From Octopus vulgaris (Eukaryota), in contig OX597834.1 of NCBI GenBank assembly GCA_951406725.2, positions 15,190,001 through 15,254,000 of the forward strand: a DNA stretch of 64,000 nucleotides, read 5' to 3'. The notes beneath the pieces were generated by a model, which did not search any database, was not told where the DNA came from, and saw only the letters and a list, made by a program, of their open reading frames with translations. Shown piece after piece: positions 58,380 to 64,000 of the stretch. Position numbers and translations under genes: made by a program. Position 1 is the first letter of the stretch, and every line of letters begins with the position of its first letter.

Positions 58380-59221
58380 AGATTATCGGTCTTGGTAGTG
58401 CATGTGAATAATTTTAATTATTGTTAAAGCTACAAGAGTTACAAGACATGGACTAATTCACCGAATTTTTACTGAATTTGTTCTGAATTTTTAGCGAATG
58501 CGTAACGAATTATGACCAAATTCGAGGTGGTGCAGCAAATACGTACAGGCGCTTTCTGAAATACATTTACAAAATATATCACAATAGATTATCGGACTTT
58601 GTAGTCCACATAAATAACTTTAATTATTGTTAAAACTAAGTTACAAAACTGGGACTAATTCACCAAATTTTTACTGAATTTCTTCCGAACTTTTAGCGAA
58701 TGCGTTCCGAATTTTGAATAAATTCGAGGCGTTGGAGCAAAAACCGTAGACGCGCTTTCTGAAATACATTCACAAAATATATCACAATATATATCTTTAC
58801 TACCCACAAAGGGGCTAAACACAGAGGTGACAAACAAGGACAGACAAACGGATTAAGTCGATTACATCGACCCCAGTGCGTAACTGGTACTTAATTTATC
58901 GATCCCGAAAGGATGAAAGGCAAAGTCGACCTCGGCGGAATTTGAACTCAGAAAGTAACGGCAGACGAAATATGGCTACGCATTTCGCCCGGCGTGCTAA
59001 CGTTTTTGCCAGCTCGCCGCCTTAATCACAATAGATTATCGGACTTTGTAGTCCACATAAATAACTTTAATTATTGTTAAAGCTACAAGAGTTACAAGAC
59101 TGGGACTAATTCACCGAATTTGTACCGAATTTTTACTGAATATCTTCCGAATTTTGAACAACTTCAAGCCGATGCGGCAAAAACGTACAGGCGCTTTCTG
59201 AAATACATTCACAAAATATAT
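58380..59221. repeat. Three ~200-bp tandem units interrupted by SINE B1 (-, 58793-59023)
   Basis: Recurrent tttaattattgttaaa...ggactaattcacc...gctttctgaaatacatt.acaaaatata. Confidence 0.85.
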
Positions 59222-59274
59222 GTCTTATACGTTTCATAGGCCAGGCTTTGTTCATGATGAAAGATAAATTAGCC

Positions 59275-59685
59275 CAAGCAAGTCTTATGTGGTTAAGACT
59301 CTCGTTAGCTCGCTTCGCAAACTAATTGGTTTCGGGTTCAGTCCCATATTCTGTCACCTTGTGCACACATCTTCTATTATAGCACCTAGTCAACCTATGT
59401 CTTTTCAGTGAATTTGACCAACAGAAACTGTGAGGAAGACCATTGCACATGTGTTTGTGTAGGCGTGTGTTATGTTGGGCCCTATGCTTGTGTTTGTCGC
59501 CCATTCTACCATCACTTGACAACCGTTATGTCCTTGTGAATTAGTGGTTCGACAAAAGAAACCAATAAAATATGTAACAGGCTTTTTGAAAAATAAGCAG
59601 AGGAGTCGGCATGTTCGACTAAATTCTCCAAGGTGGTGCCCCAGCATGGGCGTAGTTCAACGACTTAAGCACGTAACAGATAAAA
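59275..59685 (+). mobile_element. Old SINE family A copy
   Basis: Degenerate but collinear with the consensus. Confidence 0.7.
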
Positions 59686-60193
59686 TGCTCTCCCATCGAA
59701 TGGTCTTTAGTGCAGTAACCACAAGGGCCGCTTCTCCTAAACCCCAAATATTACAAGAAGGGACTAAATCTAGCTGCACTTCATCTAACCTTCCCACCCT
59801 AGATCTAAGCAGATGTATACACATTACCCAGCATTTTCTTCCAATCATTTACATCCATGGACAATCTAGAGTTAAGTGGGTGTCCATACAATGTTTTCTA
59901 TATTTATTCTATATGTATATATTTTGTCTATTTATTTATTTGATTAAATAGCTAGCTATTCGTATATCTATCTATCTATACTTATCTTTCAATATTAGAC
60001 AAATGAATAGAATGTTGAGTATGTGAATGATCTTCAAACAGTTAAACGTTGTGTGCCAATGGTCCTGTGGCTAGGCGAGCAGCATCGAATACCGTGTTCA
60101 GAGTTCAATTCTGCTCTGGGCCGGCATTAACGAGGGAATATCATACTGAAATTTTTATAGACGTAGACATGGCGATTCGTTATACATATATAC

Positions 60194-60266
<73 letters not shown>

Positions 60267-60582
60267 GTTAGGTAGTTAGATAACTGTGCTAATCTGAAAT
60301 TTCTTAATACTCAGTGATAACCACAATTCGGAGATAATTTGGAAAAAATACTTTTTTTTTTTTTTATCCTATTGAAAACTATACCATAATTGACAATTGG
60401 TTTCTGAAAAAACGTTGCAGAAACACATAAAAACACAATATATGTACAAATATACGATAACATTTTTAATGTTGTATACTGCATAATAATCAAAAATCGA
60501 TTTACTAAAACACATTTAATGCGGCTGTAAATGAAATTTCAATTTAGAGCTCTAAGTAGAAGGAAGAAAAGATATGAAGAGA

Positions 60583-60619
<37 letters not shown>

Positions 60620-60951
60620 CGAGAAACGACAGCGAAATACATAAAAATCGTGCTTGATTTGGTAGAAAAACAAGAAGAGGTGTTTCGGCCATATTGGATT
60701 CTCTTTAGTTTCAATATAGACTATAGATACGTAGGCGATTGTTATATTTTAATATATCATTATATTCTAATCAATCTCTAGAGAGCTGAGTGTTTGGTCG
60801 TGAGAAAAATAAGCGTTGTTCGATACTTTCGTGTGTGGTTGTATTTGCATAGATAGATAGATAGAGAGAGAGAGAGATTGATACATTTGCTCAAAGCCAC
60901 ACTGGCACACTCTCACACACGAATATATAGTTAGATAGATAGATGCAAACA

Positions 60952-60997
<46 letters not shown>

Positions 60998-61037
60998 TAG
61001 TTTTGCATGTATATATGCGTATCTATCTATCTATCTG

Positions 61038-61089
<52 letters not shown>

Positions 61090-61092
<3 letters not shown>

Positions 61093-61474
61093 CTCTCTAT
61101 ATAAACGGCAGTTTGTCTGTGCGTTTTCTGTGTGTCTGTTTTCTCGTACCCTCACCCTGACCACGGTTTTCAACCGATTCTGATGAAACTTGACACACAC
61201 ATAGCCCAATGTCATAATTCAAAACTAACGCAGCGAAAATTTTGAAAAGTTCCCCCAGTTCTGAAAAAAATCGATAAATTCGACATGGGGTCGAGAATCA
61301 GAAACCCAAACCACAGACCGTCTAGGGGATGCAACTCCACCTTTTTTAACTCTCAAAAAAAATTTACCATCATTTTTTTTCCCATTTTTTTGCTATTTTT
61401 TGGCTATAACTCTCTAAAAATGCTTTATAGTTATTTCCCTTACAAACCTGAGCAACGCCGGGCGATACTGCTAG
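61090..61474 (+). mobile_element. Non-autonomous Helitron (3' end shared with the 31166 element)
   Basis: Starts TC...TATATAAA, ends ctgagcaacgccgggcgatactgCTAG|T. Confidence 0.85.
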
Positions 61475-61506
61475 TATATATATATATGCATGCATATATA
61501 TGTATG

Positions 61507-61549
<43 letters not shown>

Positions 61550-61554
61550 GCATG

Positions 61555-61659
61555 CATCGCTGTGTAGTAAGAAGCTTGCTTCCCAACCACATGGTTCCAT
61601 GTTCAGTCCAACTGCGTGGCGCCTTAGGCAAGTGTCTTTTACTATGGCTTCGAGCCGTC

Positions 61660-61693
<34 letters not shown>

Positions 61694-61960
61694 GCAATTG
61701 TGTGCGTGTTTCTTTGTGTGCGTGTATTTGTGCGTGCGCCTCTTTGTGTATGATGATGTCTTTGTATCCCCACCGCGCTTTCACAACCGGTGCTTGTGTG
61801 CTTACGTCCCTATAACTTCGCTGTTCGGGACTATAGACCGATAGAATACGTACTATGCTTTCAGAAATAAGACCAGGGCTCGATTTGCTGGAATAACACC
61901 TTCGAGGTGTTGATACAACATGGCCGCAATCAAATGACTGAAACAAGTAGAAGATACAAG
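61555..61960 (+). mobile_element. SINE family A, degenerate
   Basis: Head and tail recognisable. Confidence 0.8.
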
Positions 61961-62290
61961 ATGTATATATATGTATTTATATATGTATATAGAAGTATGT
62001 ATGTGTGTATATATATGTGTGTGTGTGTGTGAGTTTATATATATATATATGTTTGTATGTATTTATGTATGTATATATGATCAAACCAGTTTGATTCAAA
62101 TTCGTCGATACCCTTTGATTTTCAAGCACGATGATAGTCGTCAAAAGTTTCGAAAAATTCAAAATGGCTGACGACTAGCATCGCCCTTGAAACCCAAGAG
62201 TACCAAGGAATTTGAACCACACTGTTTTGATCCATACATGTAACTTGCAATAAACTGGTTGAGTGCCTGTCTTTGTTTGTCCACTAACTC

Positions 62291-62349
<59 letters not shown>

Positions 62350-62352
<3 letters not shown>

Positions 62353-62648
62353 AGGCGCAATGGCCCAGATGGTTAGGGTAGCGGACTCGCGGTCGGAGGA
62401 TCGCGGTTTCGATTCCCAGACCGGGCATTGTGTGTGTTTATTGAGCGAAAACACCTGAAAGATCCACGAGACTCCGGCAGGGGGTGGTGAGCCCTGTTGT
62501 ACTCTTTCACCACTGTTTCTTCCACTCTTTCCTCTGTTAGCCTTCTCGCTTAGCCAGCGGGATGGTGTCATTCAAAGGCTAAAACAATGCGAACGCATTG
62601 TGACCAGCGATGTGTAACAACATCTGATGGTCTTGTCGGTCACGTGAT
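62350..62648 (+). mobile_element. SINE family C, tail type 1, in a TA tract
   Basis: Consensus match. Confidence 0.9.
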
Positions 62649-62939
62649 ATATATATATATATATATATCATATATATATATATACGCAATTGTGTGTGTG
62701 TATCTTTGTGCATGTTTCTTTGTGTGCGTTTGTTTGTGTGTATATGTGTGCGTGTGTGCGTGCGCGTCTTTGTGTATGATAATGTCTTTGTCTCCCCAAG
62801 CCGGTGCTTGTGTGCTTACGTCCCTATAACTTCGTTGCGTATATATATATATATCATATATATATATATATATATATATGATATATATGCTTGTTGTGTG
62901 TGTGTGTGGTATGTGTATGTGTAACAGACGTAGATTAGC

Positions 62940-63445
62940 GGCATCGCCCTACAAGTCATTGTACAGGTGTGAACAATACCTGATCTGCTCAATAATTTGG
63001 AAAATACACTGACAGATCCGCCAAAATGATCTTAATATCAGGTTGAAAAACAATAATAGGTCTTTGATGCGATTCCTTGTCATATACTATTTACAGAGAG
63101 CCGATTTTTAAACACATAGGAACATAGATAGTTTATAACTACAGGCCAGGTTAACAGCTGAACTGAGGACCAATGGATAGTGTCAAAGTTCCCAAACTTG
63201 CTATCAAAAACACAGAATCGGATAATGAAATAGCTTTGGTTTGAAGGGACCACTTCGGTATTCCTCTGAAGCGCTTAAAAGTGCAATATGCGTGGGGTTA
63301 AATTTGGTCAAAACAGAACTGTGCCTCCCACTGTCGAGAAAACGCAAGTCAAGAGAGGAAAACGGGAACGTTAATTAAAATACAGCAACACCAATTGGAG
63401 ATGCTCCAGTATGGCCGCAGCTCTCCATCTGAAACAGGTAAGAGT
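62940..63445 (+). pseudogene. Possible decayed CR1/L2-group LINE 3' end whose tail matches SINE A
   Basis: NSFGLKGP patch (~63219-63252); terminus gctccagtatggccgcag...ctgaaacaggtaagag. Confidence 0.45.
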
Positions 63446-63683
63446 TACAGAATAATATTCAAATGATACACAATGAAATAGATTATATCATAAGTGCGTC
63501 TTTTAAGCAAAGCCAAATATATATTGAAATATTAGACACGTCCACAGTTTCGGGGCAAGTTTGTATGTTCGCATTGTAACGGTGCAAACCTTTCAATTGA
63601 TTCGAATAATGCGGCATTGATATTGTATTTATTTGTGTTTATATACGTACGTATATATGTGTGTATGTATATATATATATATA

Positions 63684-63716
<33 letters not shown>

Positions 63717-64000
63717 TTTTAGGTATATATTTATATATATATATATATATATGTATGTATATATATGTGTATGTATATATATGTGTATGTATATATATGT
63801 ATGTAAGTATGTATATATATATATATAAGTATGTATATATATATATGTATGTATATATATAAGTATGTATATATATATATGTATGTATATATATGCGTAT
63901 ATATATATATATATATGTATGTATATATATATATGTATGTATATATATGTGTATGTATATATATGTGTATGTATATATATGTGTATGTATATATATGTGT

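Overview
AT-rich, microsatellite-saturated animal non-coding DNA. The SINE families and repeat spectrum look like a coleoid cephalopod (Octopus-like) intron or intergenic region; that assignment is from recall, not tested. I find no intact host gene: the long ORFs are microsatellite artefacts or transposon relics. Content: dozens of tRNA-headed SINE copies in about four modular families (my labels A-D), LINE relics (CR1, two R4/Dong, RTE, L1/Tx1 5' part), two decayed mariners, two Merlin-like MITEs with 8-bp TSDs, pogo/Tc1-type MITEs, two non-autonomous Helitrons and a 10x75-bp array grown inside a SINE. The main signal is a set of otherwise dissimilar small inserts in (TA)n tracts that carry minimal type-I hammerhead-ribozyme motifs with self-complementary stem III, typical of Penelope-like elements. 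These include a 392-bp near-perfect inverted repeat, two complete folds (20464-20508, 21095-21144) and a three-copy family with a non-canonical core. Also seen: SINE-B inserting repeatedly at one internal site of its own family, and several local duplications that end in TA tracts. All folds, alignments and identities were judged by eye.
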